Positions 1 through 11,402 of a DNA stretch of 64,000 nt are shown here, one piece after another (position 1 is the stretch's first letter; every line of letters begins with the position of its first letter). The notes below the pieces were generated by a model, which saw only the letters and a list, made by a program, of their open reading frames with translations, searched no databases and had not been told where the DNA came from. A program made the translations under genes and the position numbers. This DNA comes from Fibrobacteria bacterium (GTDB lineage Bacteria; Fibrobacterota; Fibrobacteria; UBA11236), in the NCBI GenBank assembly GCA_017881725.1, contig JADGQO010000135.1, positions 65,807 to 129,806 of the forward strand. The letters run 5' to 3'.

Positions 1-879
1 ATGAAAATCAAGACTGATTCATTCCGAGTGCGACCCGTGGGAAAAGTCGATCTCGATAAAATACCCACGAGGGGCCAACCGTTTTTCGATTCCAAGCACG
101 CCTACCGGAAATGCCTGCGCGACCATCTCAAGCAGATGGCTTTGCTGCAACGGCTTCTCTATGCCTCCGATCGCTATTCCCTGCTGCTGATTTTCCAAGC
201 CATGGACGCCGCCGGAAAGGATGGCGCCATCCGGCATGTCATGTCCGGGATCAATCCCCAAGGGTGCCAGGTGTTCAGTTTCAAGGAACCCAGTTCCGAG
301 GAGCTCGATCATGATTTCCTTTGGCGGACCAACTGCCGGCTTCCCGAACGCGGTCGGATCGGAATCTTCAATCGTTCCTATTACGAAGAGGTTTTGGTGG
401 TCCGCGTGCATCCGGAGATCCTCAAGGGACAGAACCTTCCCGACGGCCTCGGCGATGCGAAGGACGTTTGGAAAGGGCGGTTCCGATCCATCACGGAAAT
501 GGAAGCCCATCTCCACCGCAACGGCACCCGGGTCGTGAAATTCTTCCTCCACCTTTCCAAGGAGGAGCAACGCAAACGCTTCCTGGACCGGATCAAGGAG
601 TCGGACAAGAATTGGAAATTCAGCTTGGCGGATGTCCATGAACGGAAATACTGGGATGCATACATGAAGGCCTATGCGGAGTGTATTTCCGCGACCAGCA
701 CGGCGGATGCGCCTTGGTACATCATACCTGCGGATGACAAGCACGATGCCCGCTTAGCGATCTCGCAGATCATCCTCGAGACCTTGGATGGACTCAAAAT
801 GGCCTATCCAAAGGCGGATGAGGCGCGGCGCAAGGAATTGGCTGCCATCCGGAAAAATCTGGAAGGTGAAAAACGATGA
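1..879 (+). CDS. Polyphosphate kinase 2 (PPK2) family polyphosphate:nucleotide phosphotransferase; ORF begins at window position 1 so the true start may lie upstream
   Basis: The 292-aa ORF has a PPK2-type P-loop ('[16 protein letters not shown]'). Single-domain size is typical of class I/III PPK2. Its stop overlaps the next start (ATGA at 876-879). Confidence 0.8.
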   Translation: MKIKTDSFRVRPVGKVDLDKIPTRGQPFFDSKHAYRKCLRDHLKQMALLQRLLYASDRYSLLLIFQAMDAAGKDGAIRHVMSGINPQGCQVFSFKEPSSEELDHDFLWRTNCRLPERGRIGIFNRSYYEEVLVVRVHPEILKGQNLPDGLGDAKDVWKGRFRSITEMEAHLHRNGTRVVKFFLHLSKEEQRKRFLDRIKESDKNWKFSLADVHERKYWDAYMKAYAECISATSTADAPWYIIPADDKHDARLAISQIILETLDGLKMAYPKADEARRKELAAIRKNLEGEKR

Positions 880-3068
880 CGAGCATCAACAGCGAACCCA
901 AGGCATCGAGTCCGCCGAGCCTCAGCCTGCTTCCCAAGGGCATAGCCGGAATGGATTCCTTGACGGAGCTGGCGCTCGATTTGCGCTGGTCCTGGAATCA
1001 TGCAACCGACAAAGTCTGGCGCGTGCTGGATCCCGGTTTGTGGGAGGCGACGCATAATCCCCTGGTGGTCCTGCAAACCATCTCCCGTGAGCGGATTGAA
1101 AATTCCTTAGCCGATCCGGGATTCCGGGAGACGCTCGACTTTTTGGTGGCCAGGAATCGCACGGCCGCGAAGGCGCCGTCCTGGTTCGGCAGCAAGCATG
1201 CGGAAGGTCCGCTGCGCACCATCGCGTACTTCAGCATGGAGTTCATGTTGAGCGAGGCCTTGCCGATTTATTCCGGTGGGCTGGGCAACGTGGCCGGAGA
1301 TCAATTGAAGGCGGCCAGCGATTTGGGCGTGCCCGTGATCGGCGTGGGTCTCCTTTACCAGCAGGGTTATTTCCGCCAGGCGATAGCCCGGGACGGATCG
1401 CAACAGGCGCTTTATCCGTACAATGATCCAGGGCAGTTGCCCATCTCGCCTTTGCGGCATGCGAATGGGGAATGGCTGCGTTTGGAGATCGCGCTCCCTG
1501 GATACTCCGTCTGGCTGCGGGCCTGGGAAGTGCGGGTCGGCAGGGCGAAGCTTTACCTTTTGGACAGCAACGACGCCGCGAATTTTCCCGCGCATCGCGG
1601 CATTACCAGCGAACTCTACGGGGGCGGTCCGGAGTTGCGTCTTAAGCAGGAACTGCTGCTCGGCATCGGTGGCTGGAGATTGCTGCGCGCTCTCGGCATC
1701 CAGCCGGAAATCTGCCATCTCAACGAAGGCCACGCCGCCTTCGCCGTGCTCGAACGCGCCTCCGACACCATGGTTTCCAAATCGTTGCCCTTCGAAAAGG
1801 CTTTGGCCCTCACGCGGGTCGGAAATCTTTTCACCACGCATACGGCGGTCCCGGCGGGATTCGATCGCTTCGCGCCCGCGCTCATCGAACCGTACCTTGG
1901 AAGTTACGCCAGAAATAAACTCGGAATTTCTCTCCGGGACCTGCTGGCGCTTGGGCGAGCGAATCCCAATGATAGTGGCGAGCCCTTCAATATGGCCTAC
2001 TTGGCAATCCGCGGGAGCGGGGCCGTCAACGGAGTCAGCCGCTTGCATGGGCAGGTCAGCCGCCGGCTTTTCGCGCCGCTTTTCCCGGGTCGCCGCGAAG
2101 AGGATGTGCCCATCGGACACGTGACCAACGGCGTCCACATGCCGACCTGGGATTCGGATCGGTCCGATGCGCTATGGACCGAAGCCTGCGGCAAGGACCG
2201 CTGGCTGGGTACCACCGAAGATTTGGCCGGCAGCATCCGGCAGGTATCGGATGAAAAACTCTGGGGTCTGCGGGTGGAATCCAGAAAATGTTTGGTGGAA
2301 TTCACGCGCAAGCGCCTGGCGCTGCAATTGGCGGTTTCCGGCGCGCCGCCTGCCGAAGTGGAGGAGGCTAAACACCTATTCCATCCCGACGCCTTGACCT
2401 TGGGCTTCGCGCGACGATTCGCTGCCTATAAAAGGCCCAACCTGCTTTTGCGGGATCCGGAACGTCTGCTCCGCATTCTGACCGACACGGCGCGACCCGT
2501 ACAGCTCATCCTCGCGGGCAAGGCGCATCCGCAGGACCATGACGGGCAGGCTTTAATCCTGGAGTGGATGAAATTCCTGCGCCGGCCCGAGGCGCGGCCG
2601 CATGTGATTTTCCTGAGCGACTACGATATGCGCTTGACGGAGCATTTGGTGCAAGGCGTGGATGTTTGGATCAATACGCCTAAACGGCCCTGGGAAGCCA
2701 GCGGCACCAGCGGCATGAAGGTGCTGGTCAACGGCGGCCTCAACCTATCGGAGCTGGATGGCTGGTGGGCCGAGGCCTATGCGCCGGAAGTGGGATGGGC
2801 TTTGGGAGATGGGCTGGAACACGGCGACGATCCCGGGCTGGACGGTCGGGAGGCGGATGCGCTGTATGGACTTTTGGAACGGGAAGTCGTGCCCGAATAT
2901 TATGCTCGGAACGGGAACGGCATTCCGGTCGCGTGGACCGGTCGGATTCGGGAAAGCATGGCGCGACTGACTCCGGAATTCTCGGCCAACCGGACCGTGC
3001 GCGAATACACGGAGCGGTATTACCTGCCCGCGGCGGAAGCCTACCTGGCGGGATCATCGCATGCGTAA
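876..3068 (+). CDS. glgP: Alpha-glucan (glycogen/maltodextrin) phosphorylase, GT35 family with DUF3417-type N-terminus
   Basis: 730 aa with motifs 'NEGHAAF' and '[15 protein letters not shown]'. The latter matches the PLP-lysine motif EASGTSNMKFxLNG of glycogen phosphorylases. It overlaps PPK2 by 4 bp and the HAD gene by 8 bp. Confidence 0.85.
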   Translation: MTSINSEPKASSPPSLSLLPKGIAGMDSLTELALDLRWSWNHATDKVWRVLDPGLWEATHNPLVVLQTISRERIENSLADPGFRETLDFLVARNRTAAKAPSWFGSKHAEGPLRTIAYFSMEFMLSEALPIYSGGLGNVAGDQLKAASDLGVPVIGVGLLYQQGYFRQAIARDGSQQALYPYNDPGQLPISPLRHANGEWLRLEIALPGYSVWLRAWEVRVGRAKLYLLDSNDAANFPAHRGITSELYGGGPELRLKQELLLGIGGWRLLRALGIQPEICHLNEGHAAFAVLERASDTMVSKSLPFEKALALTRVGNLFTTHTAVPAGFDRFAPALIEPYLGSYARNKLGISLRDLLALGRANPNDSGEPFNMAYLAIRGSGAVNGVSRLHGQVSRRLFAPLFPGRREEDVPIGHVTNGVHMPTWDSDRSDALWTEACGKDRWLGTTEDLAGSIRQVSDEKLWGLRVESRKCLVEFTRKRLALQLAVSGAPPAEVEEAKHLFHPDALTLGFARRFAAYKRPNLLLRDPERLLRILTDTARPVQLILAGKAHPQDHDGQALILEWMKFLRRPEARPHVIFLSDYDMRLTEHLVQGVDVWINTPKRPWEASGTSGMKVLVNGGLNLSELDGWWAEAYAPEVGWALGDGLEHGDDPGLDGREADALYGLLEREVVPEYYARNGNGIPVAWTGRIRESMARLTPEFSANRTVREYTERYYLPAAEAYLAGSSHA

Positions 3069-3714
3069 AAAATCCGAGGTAACCTGCCTGTTTCTGGACA
3101 TCGGGGGTGTGCTCCTGAGCAACGGTTGGGATCACCATGCGCGCAAACGCGCCGCCATCCGATTCAAGCTCGAGCGGGCGGAGATGGAGGAGCGCCACCA
3201 ACTGAACTTCGAGACTTATGAAATGGGAAAGATCACGCTCATCGAATACTTGGAGCGGGTGATTTTCCACCGCAAGAGACCGTTCACTCCGACGACGTTC
3301 AAAAAATTCATGTTCGCCCAGTCCCAAGCCATCCCCGGCATGATCGATCTGATGGCCCGGTTGAAGGCCCGTCACGCTTTGAAGATAGCCGTGGTCAGCA
3401 ACGAGGGCCGCGAGCTGAATGACTTCCGGATCGAGGCGTTCAAATTGGGCGGGCTCGTGGACTTTTTCATTTCCTCCTGTTTTGTGCAATTGCGAAAGCC
3501 GGATGCGGCGATTTTCCAAATGGCCTTGGACATCGCCCATGTACCGACAAGACAAATCCTTTATCTCGAAAACACGGCCTTGTTCGTGGAGGTCGCGGAG
3601 GGATTGGGGATCCGCAGCATCTTGCATACCGATCGGGCTTCCACGGAAAGCGCACTGGGATCGTTCGGATTGTCCGCTCCGATTGGAATGGCCACGAGGA
3701 AGAGGTCCCGATGA
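3061..3714 (+). CDS. HAD-superfamily hydrolase (subfamily IA-like), substrate unknown
   Basis: 217 aa with an N-terminal 'LFLDIGGVLL' motif-I-like loop and 'KPD' motif III. It is translationally coupled between glgP and ackA. Confidence 0.55.
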   Translation: MRKKSEVTCLFLDIGGVLLSNGWDHHARKRAAIRFKLERAEMEERHQLNFETYEMGKITLIEYLERVIFHRKRPFTPTTFKKFMFAQSQAIPGMIDLMARLKARHALKIAVVSNEGRELNDFRIEAFKLGGLVDFFISSCFVQLRKPDAAIFQMALDIAHVPTRQILYLENTALFVEVAEGLGIRSILHTDRASTESALGSFGLSAPIGMATRKRSR

Positions 3715-4928
3715 AACCTGCCGCCCTCCGCATCCTCACTTTGAATGGCGGCTCTTCGAGCATTAAGTGCGCCCTGTACGAGTCAGGGTCTTCCTTGCGG
3801 CTGATCTGGGAGGGAAGCCTGGAGCGGATTGGACAGCCGGGTACGGTATTCAGGATCAAGTGGCCTGAAAGTACGCAGGGTTTTACCAGGAGTCTGGAAG
3901 GATTTGATGATACGAAGTCGATTCAGGCTGTGGCGGATTGGATCGAAACGGAAGGCGCCCAGGAAGGCCTGGCTGCGGTGGGCCATCGCGTGGTGCAAGG
4001 CGGTCCGGATTTTTTCCAACCCCAGTTGATTACCGACGCCATGCTATCGGACTTGCGGCGGCTGAGCCCCCTTGATCCGGAACATATGCCTGGGGAGATC
4101 CGGATTATCGAAGCCTTTCGGAAAAAGTTCCCGCGGGTGCCGCATATCGCCTGTTTCGATACTGCCTTCCATCACGAGATGCCACACGTAGCGCGGATGT
4201 TACCGATCCCGCGCCGTTACGCATCCCAAGGCTTGCGGCGTTACGGCTTCCACGGCCTTTCCTACGAGTATCTAATGGGGGAGTTGACCCGGCTGGCGGG
4301 ACCGGAAGCCGCGCGCGGCAGGATCATCCTGGCCCATCTCGGCAGCGGAGCCAGTCTGGCGGCGGTGCGTGACGGCAAGCCCGTCGATACGAGCATGGGT
4401 TTTACGCCCGCGTCCGGCCTGGTGATGGGTACGCGGACCGGGGACTTGGATCCGGGACTTTTCAGCTACCTCTCTCGCAAGGAGGGCATGACGGAATCCG
4501 GATTCCAGCGCATGGTGAACCATGAGTCCGGGATGCGCGGCATTTCCGAGACGGTTTCCGATATGCGGGATCTGCTCGCTCGCGAAGCGCGGGATGTGAG
4601 GGCCGCCGAGGCCGTGGAACTATTCTGCTATCAGGCCCGTAAATGGATCGGAGCGTTTGCGGCAGCGCTGGGCGGCTTGGACATCTTGGTGTTCTCCGGC
4701 GGTATCGGCGAACATGCTCCCGTGGTGCGGGCACGGATTTGTGAAGACTTGGGATTCCTCGGCATCGAGATCGATGGAAAAAAGAATGACGTGAACGCGG
4801 AAGTGATTTCGACCGACTCCGGAAAGGTTTCGGTGCGGGTCACACCCACGGATGAGGAGTTGAGGATGGCGCAATTAGTTTCGCAAATTCTTGAAAGTGG
4901 AAATGACCATAAAAAGGAGTCGGTATGA
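3711..4928 (+). CDS. ackA: Acetate kinase
   Basis: 405 aa with an N-terminal 'LTLNGGSSSIKCALY' and a 'GFHGLSYEY' motif. Its stop TGA (4926-4928) overlaps the ATG of the next small ORF. Confidence 0.9.
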   Translation: MKPAALRILTLNGGSSSIKCALYESGSSLRLIWEGSLERIGQPGTVFRIKWPESTQGFTRSLEGFDDTKSIQAVADWIETEGAQEGLAAVGHRVVQGGPDFFQPQLITDAMLSDLRRLSPLDPEHMPGEIRIIEAFRKKFPRVPHIACFDTAFHHEMPHVARMLPIPRRYASQGLRRYGFHGLSYEYLMGELTRLAGPEAARGRIILAHLGSGASLAAVRDGKPVDTSMGFTPASGLVMGTRTGDLDPGLFSYLSRKEGMTESGFQRMVNHESGMRGISETVSDMRDLLAREARDVRAAEAVELFCYQARKWIGAFAAALGGLDILVFSGGIGEHAPVVRARICEDLGFLGIEIDGKKNDVNAEVISTDSGKVSVRVTPTDEELRMAQLVSQILESGNDHKKESV

Positions 4929-5050
4929 TGAACAATACGGGTGGATGGATGCATGGTTGGATGGGTGGAGGGATGTGGACTTGGTCACCGATTGGTGTCT
5001 TGGTCGCAATCTTATTGGTGGTTTTGGTCTTCAGGCTGGTGAGGAGATAA
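4925..5050 (+). CDS. Small (41 aa) Trp/Met/Gly-rich single-pass membrane peptide, MMNNTGGWMHGWMGGGMWTWSPIGVLVAILLVVLVFRLVRR; putative Cu(I)-binding micro-protein
   Basis: A strong SD (AAGGAG, 4913-4918) lies 6 nt before ATG 4925. The N-terminal region is rich in Met, Trp and His; a hydrophobic helix and an RR tail follow. It sits immediately upstream of the Cu+-ATPase and is absent from the ORF track because it is shorter than 60 aa. Confidence 0.4.
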   Translation: MMNNTGGWMHGWMGGGMWTWSPIGVLVAILLVVLVFRLVRR

Positions 5051-5103
5051 GCCTAACCCTGAAATAAGTGCATCAGGAAAATTTTTACAACAGGAAGGAT
5101 CAG

Positions 5104-7332
5104 ATGCTGAATACCCTATCCACGGCCAAGCCGGAAAATCCTATCGATAAAGTTGAATCCGCGCCTTTAAAGGAGACGTATTCAAGGGCAGACCCTTCCG
5201 CCTCTGGACCGGTGTATACTTGCCCCATGCATCCGGAGGTCCGGCAAAATAAACCCGGTGCATGCCCCAAGTGTGGCATGGCGCTGGAACCGGTTCAGTC
5301 AGGGACAAAGGCCGCAGCGGAAGGGGACGGGAATACGGAGCTGACCGATATGGAAAGGCGGTTCTGGATTGGCGGAGCGTTGACGCTTCCGGTTTTCCTG
5401 CTGGCCATGGCGCATCTTATCCCGCCCTTGGCACGGCAGGTTTGGATCATGGGTGATGTTTCACGTTGGCTGCAATTCGGCTTGACCACGCCCGTGGTCG
5501 TTTGGGCCGGTTGGCCGTTTTTTCAACGCGGGTGGCGATCGATTCTCACTTGGAATTTGAACATGTTCACCTTGATATCCATGGGAGTCAGCGCCGCTTA
5601 TCTCTTCAGCGCGGTCGCCATGTTGATGCCGGGTTTATTTCCCGTCACCATGGCGCATGGCGGCAAGGTCGCCATCTACTTCGAGGCGGCGGCCGTGATC
5701 ATCGTTTTGGTTTTGCTGGGACAAGTACTGGAACTGCGAGCCCGCAGCCGTACCGGAAGCGCCATCAAAGCGCTGTTGCACCTCGCGCCGCCCACGGCCC
5801 GGCAGGTTTCACCGGATGGAGATAACGTAGTGCCGCTGGAACAGGTCAAGGTGGGCGATTGGCTGCGCGTCGTTCCCGGGGACAAGGTTCCCGTCGATGG
5901 CGCCGTGGTTGAAGGACGCTCCAGCGTGGAGGAGTCCATGATTACCGGCGAAGCGATTCCGGTGGAAAAATCCGTGGGAGACAAGGTGACGGGCGGAACT
6001 GTCAATGGTTCCGGTAGTTTCGTCATGCGCGCCGATAGGGTGGGTAAGGACACGTTGCTGGGGCGAATCGTGGATATGGTCGCCGAGGCGCAGCGCAGCC
6101 GTGCGCCCATCCAGGGTTTGGCGGACAAGGTCGCCAAAATTTTTGTTCCCACCGTGGTGGGCATTTCGATTTTGACCTTCGTTCTCTGGTTCTGGTTGGG
6201 ACCGGATCCCAGGCTGGCGCATGCCATCGTCAACGCCGTCGCCGTCCTGATCATAGCCTGTCCGTGTGCCTTGGGGCTTGCGACACCCATGTCCATCATG
6301 GTCGGGGTGGGGCGCGGAGCCCAGGAAGGCGTGCTCGTGAAAAGCGCGGAGGCGTTGGAAAGGCTGGAGAAGGTGACCACCCTTGTCATCGACAAGACCG
6401 GCACGCTAACGGAAGCCAAGCCCAAGCTGACGGATATCCTCCCCGTGGACGGTTTTGATGCGAAGGAATTTTTGCTGCTGGCCGCTTCGCTGGAACAAAA
6501 TAGCGAACATCCGCTCGCGACCGCCATCGTGAAGGGCGCCAAGGAGAGTGGCGCAGCCCTCGAAAAAGTAGAAGCCTTTCAATCCGTTACCGCCGGTGGG
6601 GTAACCGGCACGGTACGGGGCCGGAAAGTTATCGTCGGCAAATTGGATTTCCTGAAGCAGGAAAAAATCATGGGGTTGGAAGCCATGGCGGCCTCCGCTG
6701 AAAAATTGCAGGCGGAAGGTAAAACCGCGATGTACGTCGCCGTGGACGGACGACCTGCCGGAATCCTAGCGGTAGCTGATCCCATGAAAGCCTCTACGCC
6801 GGACGCCATCAAGGGGTTGCATGCATTGGGGCTTAAAATCGTCATGCTCACAGGAGACAATCGCAAAACCGCCGATGCCGTGGCCGGAAAGCTTGGCCTG
6901 GACGATGTGGTGGCCGGCATTGATCCCGCCGGAAAGGCGGACTATGTCAAGAAATTGCGGGCCGAAGGCCGTTATGTCGCCATGGCCGGTGATGGCATCA
7001 ACGATGCGCCGGCATTGAGCGCCGCCGAGGTTGGCATCGCCATGGGCACGGGCACGGACGTAGCGATGGAAAGTGCCGGCATCACTTTAGTGAAAGGAGA
7101 TTTGGGTGGCATCGCCAAGGCCATCCATCTCAGCCATGCCACCATGCGGAACATCCGCCAGAACCTCGTCTTCGCTTTTCTTTACAACGCGCTGGGCATC
7201 CCGTTGGCTGCCGGAGCGCTCTACCCTTTCTTCGGCTGGCTCCTAAGTCCCATCATCGCCGGCGCGGCCATGAGCCTCAGTTCCGTGTCGGTAATCAGCA
7301 ACGCTTTGCGGTTGCGGAAAGTGGCGATATGA
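5104..7332 (+). CDS. copA: Copper(I)/silver-translocating P1B-type ATPase with N-terminal CPxHPx...CPxCGM heavy-metal-binding domain
   Basis: It has a TM6 'CPC' motif, a TM7 'YNALGIP', a TM8 'MSLSSVS', the phosphorylation motif DKTGTLT and 'GDGINDAP'. The track ORF starts at GTG 5068, but ATG 5104 has an AGGAAGGA SD and is the more likely start. Its stop overlaps the xfp start (ATGA 7329-7332). Confidence 0.9.
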   Translation: MLNTLSTAKPENPIDKVESAPLKETYSRADPSASGPVYTCPMHPEVRQNKPGACPKCGMALEPVQSGTKAAAEGDGNTELTDMERRFWIGGALTLPVFLLAMAHLIPPLARQVWIMGDVSRWLQFGLTTPVVVWAGWPFFQRGWRSILTWNLNMFTLISMGVSAAYLFSAVAMLMPGLFPVTMAHGGKVAIYFEAAAVIIVLVLLGQVLELRARSRTGSAIKALLHLAPPTARQVSPDGDNVVPLEQVKVGDWLRVVPGDKVPVDGAVVEGRSSVEESMITGEAIPVEKSVGDKVTGGTVNGSGSFVMRADRVGKDTLLGRIVDMVAEAQRSRAPIQGLADKVAKIFVPTVVGISILTFVLWFWLGPDPRLAHAIVNAVAVLIIACPCALGLATPMSIMVGVGRGAQEGVLVKSAEALERLEKVTTLVIDKTGTLTEAKPKLTDILPVDGFDAKEFLLLAASLEQNSEHPLATAIVKGAKESGAALEKVEAFQSVTAGGVTGTVRGRKVIVGKLDFLKQEKIMGLEAMAASAEKLQAEGKTAMYVAVDGRPAGILAVADPMKASTPDAIKGLHALGLKIVMLTGDNRKTADAVAGKLGLDDVVAGIDPAGKADYVKKLRAEGRYVAMAGDGINDAPALSAAEVGIAMGTGTDVAMESAGITLVKGDLGGIAKAIHLSHATMRNIRQNLVFAFLYNALGIPLAAGALYPFFGWLLSPIIAGAAMSLSSVSVISNALRLRKVAI

Positions 7333-9743
7333 AGACCAAAACCCTTGATCCCGAAACGCTGCAAAAGACCAATGCCTATTGGCGCGCCGCCAATTATTTG
7401 TCCGTCGGGCAGATCTACCTCTATGACAATCCCCTGCTGAAAGAACCGCTGAAACTCTCGCATGTGAAACCCTTAGTGGTGGGGCATTGGGGCACCACGC
7501 CGGGTCAGAATTTCATCTACGTCCATCTGAATCGCGTCATCAAAAAATATGACTTGAACATGTTCTACATCGCCGGGCCCGGCCACGGCGGACCGGCCAT
7601 CGTAGGCAACGTTTATCTCGAAGGCACCTGGAGCGAAGTGTATCCGAACGTCACGCAGGACGAAGCCGGTTTGAAAAAACTCTTCAAGCAATTCTCGTTT
7701 CCCGGAGGCATTTCCAGCCATGTGGCGCCCACGACGCCGGGCTCCATTCACGAAGGCGGCGAACTGGGCTATTCCCTCAGCCATGCCTTTGGCGCGGTCT
7801 TCGACAATCCCGATCTCATCGTCGCCTGCGTCGTCGGAGACGGTGAAGCGGAAACCGGCCCCTTGGCCACCGCGTGGCAGTCCAATAAGTTTCTCGATCC
7901 GATCTCGGACGGAGCCGTGCTGCCCATCCTGCATCTCAACGGCTACAAGATTTCCAATCCTACCGTGCTGGCCCGCATTGAACCGGATGAACTGGATCAA
8001 TTTTTTCGCGGCTGCGGCTGGACGCCTTATTTCGTTGAAGGCGACGACCCGGAAACCATGCACGAACTTATGGCCACCATGGCGGATAAAGCCATTGAGG
8101 ATATTCGCAACATCCAAAGCAACGCCCGTAACCGGAATGATACTACCCGCCCGCGCTGGCCCCTGATCGTGCTCCGATCACCCAAGGGTTGGACGGGACC
8201 GAAAGAAGTAGATGGGCTCAAAGTCGAAGGTACCTTCAGGGCGCATCAAGTGCCGTTAATAGTGAACGCGGAGCATCCCGAACATGTCGCGCAATTGGAA
8301 AGCTGGATGAAAAGCTACCGGCCCGAGGAATTGTTTGATAAGAGCGGCCGGCTCATTACGGAATTGGCTGAGCTGGCGCCGCAAGGTAACCGAAGAATGG
8401 GCGCGAATCCCCATGCCAACGGCGGCGTTTTGTTGCGCGATTTGAAAATGCCCGATTTCCATGCCCATGCGGTGCAGGTGCATGTGCCCGGCGCCGTGGA
8501 CGCACAGGATACGCTCGTGCTGGGAAATTTCCTACGCGATGTGACGCGGCTTAACCAGGAACGACGTCATTTCCGCATATTCGGCCCGGATGAGACGTTG
8601 TCCAATTTGCTGGGCGCGGTTTTTGAAGTCACCAACCGGCAATGGGATGGGCGCCAGAAAGGTGAGGATGAATTTCTCGCGCCCGCCGGAACGGTGTTGG
8701 ATTCGATGCTCAGCGAACACCAATGCGAGGGCTGGCTGGAAGGGTACCTGCTGACCGGTCGGCACGGCCTCTTCAACAGCTACGAGGCGTTCATCCGCAT
8801 CGTCGACTCGATGTTCAGCCAGCATGCCAAATGGCTCAAGGTAACCTCCGAGCTACCTTGGCGGCGGAAAATCGCGTCATTGAACTATCTGCTGGCCTCC
8901 CATGTGTGGCAGCAGGATCACAACGGATTCACGCATCAGGATCCGGGATTCATCGACCATGTCATCAACAAGAAGGCCGACATCGTGCGGGTTTACTTGC
9001 CGCCCGACGCCAATTGCCTGCTCTCGGTATTTGACCATTGCCTGCGCAGCCGGCATTACGTCAATGTGGTGGTGGCCGGGAAACACGCCCTGCCGCAATG
9101 GCTATCCATGGACGCGGCGGTGGTGCATTGCACGGAGGGCATCGGCATCTGGCAATGGGCCAGCAATGACCAGGGCAGTGATCCGGATGTGGTGATGGCC
9201 TGTTGCGGCGACACACCCACGCTGGAGATTCTGGCGGCCGTTTCCATCCTGCGCGAGCATATTCCCGATCTCAAGATCCGGGTGATCAATGTCGTCGATC
9301 TTATGAAGCTCCAATCCGCCGGCGAGCATCCGCACGGGCTGAGCGAAATTGATTACGACTCGCTGTTCACCACAAACAAACACATCATCTTCGGTTATCA
9401 CGGCTATCCCTGGCTGATCCATCGTCTGACCTATCGTCGCACCAACCGCAACCTGCACGTCCGTGGGTACAAGGAAGAGGGTACTATCACCACAGCCTTC
9501 GACATGCGCGTGCAAAACGATTTGGACCGGTTCCACCTGGTGCAGGACGTGGTGGATCGCCTACCGCATTTGGGCTCGAAAGGCGCGTACCTGAAGCAGC
9601 AGATGCAGAACAAGCTGATCGAGCACAAGCATTATATCGACGAGCATGGACAGGATTTGCCCGAGATCAGGAACTGGAAATGGGCGGAGCCTACCGGAAA
9701 GGAATCCGGAGCGAAAGCATTTGCGCTGGAATTGAAGGAATAA
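7329..9743 (+). CDS. xfp: Xylulose-5-phosphate/fructose-6-phosphate phosphoketolase
   Basis: 804 aa with '[11 protein letters not shown]', 'GPGHGGPA' and 'EGGELGYSL', which are phosphoketolase/TPP signature regions. Confidence 0.9.
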   Translation: MKTKTLDPETLQKTNAYWRAANYLSVGQIYLYDNPLLKEPLKLSHVKPLVVGHWGTTPGQNFIYVHLNRVIKKYDLNMFYIAGPGHGGPAIVGNVYLEGTWSEVYPNVTQDEAGLKKLFKQFSFPGGISSHVAPTTPGSIHEGGELGYSLSHAFGAVFDNPDLIVACVVGDGEAETGPLATAWQSNKFLDPISDGAVLPILHLNGYKISNPTVLARIEPDELDQFFRGCGWTPYFVEGDDPETMHELMATMADKAIEDIRNIQSNARNRNDTTRPRWPLIVLRSPKGWTGPKEVDGLKVEGTFRAHQVPLIVNAEHPEHVAQLESWMKSYRPEELFDKSGRLITELAELAPQGNRRMGANPHANGGVLLRDLKMPDFHAHAVQVHVPGAVDAQDTLVLGNFLRDVTRLNQERRHFRIFGPDETLSNLLGAVFEVTNRQWDGRQKGEDEFLAPAGTVLDSMLSEHQCEGWLEGYLLTGRHGLFNSYEAFIRIVDSMFSQHAKWLKVTSELPWRRKIASLNYLLASHVWQQDHNGFTHQDPGFIDHVINKKADIVRVYLPPDANCLLSVFDHCLRSRHYVNVVVAGKHALPQWLSMDAAVVHCTEGIGIWQWASNDQGSDPDVVMACCGDTPTLEILAAVSILREHIPDLKIRVINVVDLMKLQSAGEHPHGLSEIDYDSLFTTNKHIIFGYHGYPWLIHRLTYRRTNRNLHVRGYKEEGTITTAFDMRVQNDLDRFHLVQDVVDRLPHLGSKGAYLKQQMQNKLIEHKHYIDEHGQDLPEIRNWKWAEPTGKESGAKAFALELKE

Positions 9744-9776
9744 TCGTCGCGTTAAAACCCAAGCGGGTGAGGAACT

Positions 9777-10805
9777 ATGAATACCCAACTTCTTTTCGAC
9801 ACCGCGAAAAATTTGCTCGCCGACGGCAAGGGCTTGCTGGCCATGGATGAAAGCAATCCCACCTGCAATAAACGTTTCGCCAAGCAGGGCATTCCGCAAA
9901 CCGAAGCCGCGCGCCGCGAGTACCGGGAGTTGATCGTGACCACGCCCGGTCTTGGTGAGTCCATCGGAGGCGCGATTCTATATGACGAAACCATTCGCCA
10001 GAAAAAGCGGGATGGCACGCCTTTCGTCAAAGTCCTCCAGGATGCCGGCATCATTCCCGGCATCAAGGTGGACGTCGGCGCCAAAGACTTGGCCGGTTAT
10101 CCCGGAGAAAAAATTACCGAGGGGTTGGATGGGTTGCGCGAACGCCTTCAAGCGTATTTTCAAATGGGCGCGCGCTTCGCCAAATGGCGCGCGGTGATTC
10201 AGGTGGGCCACGGCATTCCCAGTCGTGGTTGCATAAACGCCAATGCCCATGCCTTGGCGCGCTATGCCGCGTTGTGTCAGGAAGCCGGAATGGTTCCCAT
10301 CGTCGAGCCGGAGGTGCTGATGGACGGCGAGCATAATATGGAGCGCTGCCGCGAGGTAACCGAGGAGTTACTGCGGACGGTTTTCCATCACTTGTCTGCG
10401 CAACGCGTGCTGCTGGAAGGCATGCTTTTGAAGGCCAATATGGTGTTGCCGGGATCGGCCTGTTCGCAACAAGCCTCCCTTGAGGAAGTGGCCGACGCCA
10501 CCGTCCATTGTTTCCTGCGCACGGTTCCCGCCGCTGTTCCCGGAATCGCTTTCTTGTCCGGGGGCCAACCCGGCCTATCAGCCTCGGCCCGCTTGAATGC
10601 CATGAATATGCGCTTCAAGGATCGATTGCCTTGGGCCTTGGCCTTTTCGTTTGCACGGGCCATCCAACAACCGGCGCAGGAGATATGGCGGGGCAGGGAA
10701 GCCAACGTGGCGGCGGCGCAGCAAGCTCTTTCCCATCGGGCCGCCTGCAACCGGGCGGCACGCCGCGGCGAATACAATGAACCAATGGAGACGGAAAATG
10801 CATGA
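9777..10805 (+). CDS. fba: Fructose-bisphosphate aldolase class I
   Basis: 342 aa. 'LEGMLLKANMVLPGS' matches the Schiff-base lysine region of class I aldolases; 'LLAMDESNPTC' and 'IIPGIKVD' are also present. Confidence 0.85.
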   Translation: MNTQLLFDTAKNLLADGKGLLAMDESNPTCNKRFAKQGIPQTEAARREYRELIVTTPGLGESIGGAILYDETIRQKKRDGTPFVKVLQDAGIIPGIKVDVGAKDLAGYPGEKITEGLDGLRERLQAYFQMGARFAKWRAVIQVGHGIPSRGCINANAHALARYAALCQEAGMVPIVEPEVLMDGEHNMERCREVTEELLRTVFHHLSAQRVLLEGMLLKANMVLPGSACSQQASLEEVADATVHCFLRTVPAAVPGIAFLSGGQPGLSASARLNAMNMRFKDRLPWALAFSFARAIQQPAQEIWRGREANVAAAQQALSHRAACNRAARRGEYNEPMETENA

Positions 10806-10859
10806 CTTGAATTCTTCGATTCAGGCTATCTACAACGGGATGATGGAAGGAGTGCCTCC

Positions 10860-11000
10860 ATGAAATCGGAAATCCGTTTCCCCGGCGACGTCTATGTGCC
10901 ATTGGCTCTTTCCCCGGCGGACTTCGGGTTTAGTCTCTGGCGATTCCCTAATGGCTTTTTCGAGGAGATCAAAGCCGGCCGGGTCGAAGGAAAATGCTGA
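10860..11000 (+). CDS. Small ORF (46 aa, MKSEIRFPGDVYVPLALSPADFGFSLWRFPNGFFEEIKAGRVEGKC), hypothetical
   Basis: ATG is preceded by GGAAGGAG at correct spacing. There is no homology I recognise, so this is a low-confidence small protein. Confidence 0.2.
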   Translation: MKSEIRFPGDVYVPLALSPADFGFSLWRFPNGFFEEIKAGRVEGKC

Positions 11001-11052
11001 AGTTGAAACTTAATCGAACACGGTTACAAAACATCCAATCATTGAAAGAGGA

Positions 11053-11247
11053 ATGACCATGAATCAAACGATTACATCCAAGACCAAAGACCCCATGTGC
11101 GGAATGACCGTGGACCCGGCAACGGCTCTCCACGCCGAGCGCGATGGGAAGACGTCCTACTTTTGCAGCAAACATTGTCAGGAAAAATTCTTGTCCACTC
11201 CCGCTGGTGCCAAACCGGAGGAAAAGTCTGGAGGTTGCTGTAGCTAG
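11053..11247 (+). CDS. YHS-domain (TRASH-like) metal-binding protein
   Basis: 64 aa with 'DPMCGMTVDP...YFCSKHCQEKF', a YHS-domain cysteine pattern, and a C-terminal 'GGCCS'. Confidence 0.7.
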   Translation: MTMNQTITSKTKDPMCGMTVDPATALHAERDGKTSYFCSKHCQEKFLSTPAGAKPEEKSGGCCS

Positions 11248-11402
11248 AGTGAGGGGATGGGGGACGACGAGCCGATTTCCGGCAGAACTCACTCTAGGGA
11301 CCAAGAGGACAGTTGCACCATGAAGACCAACAAACCGGCGTTGAAGCTGCCCGACACGATGGACCCCAACGTGGCGCGGAGACGCAGGGAGACGTAACCG
11401 AT

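Noticed and set aside
1107-2138. 343-aa ORF on the minus strand
   Set aside because: It lies entirely antisense within the well-supported glgP gene. Long antisense ORFs are expected in about 60% GC DNA, and it has no motifs.
5676-6542. 288-aa minus-strand ORF
   Set aside because: It is antisense inside copA and has a Ser/Thr/Ala-rich low-complexity translation typical of a GC-rich frame artefact.
11244-11300. Inverted repeat TAGAGTGAG...CTCACTCTA after the YHS gene
   Set aside because: The loop is long (about 32 nt) and there is no U-run, so it is not a convincing terminator. It is possibly incidental.
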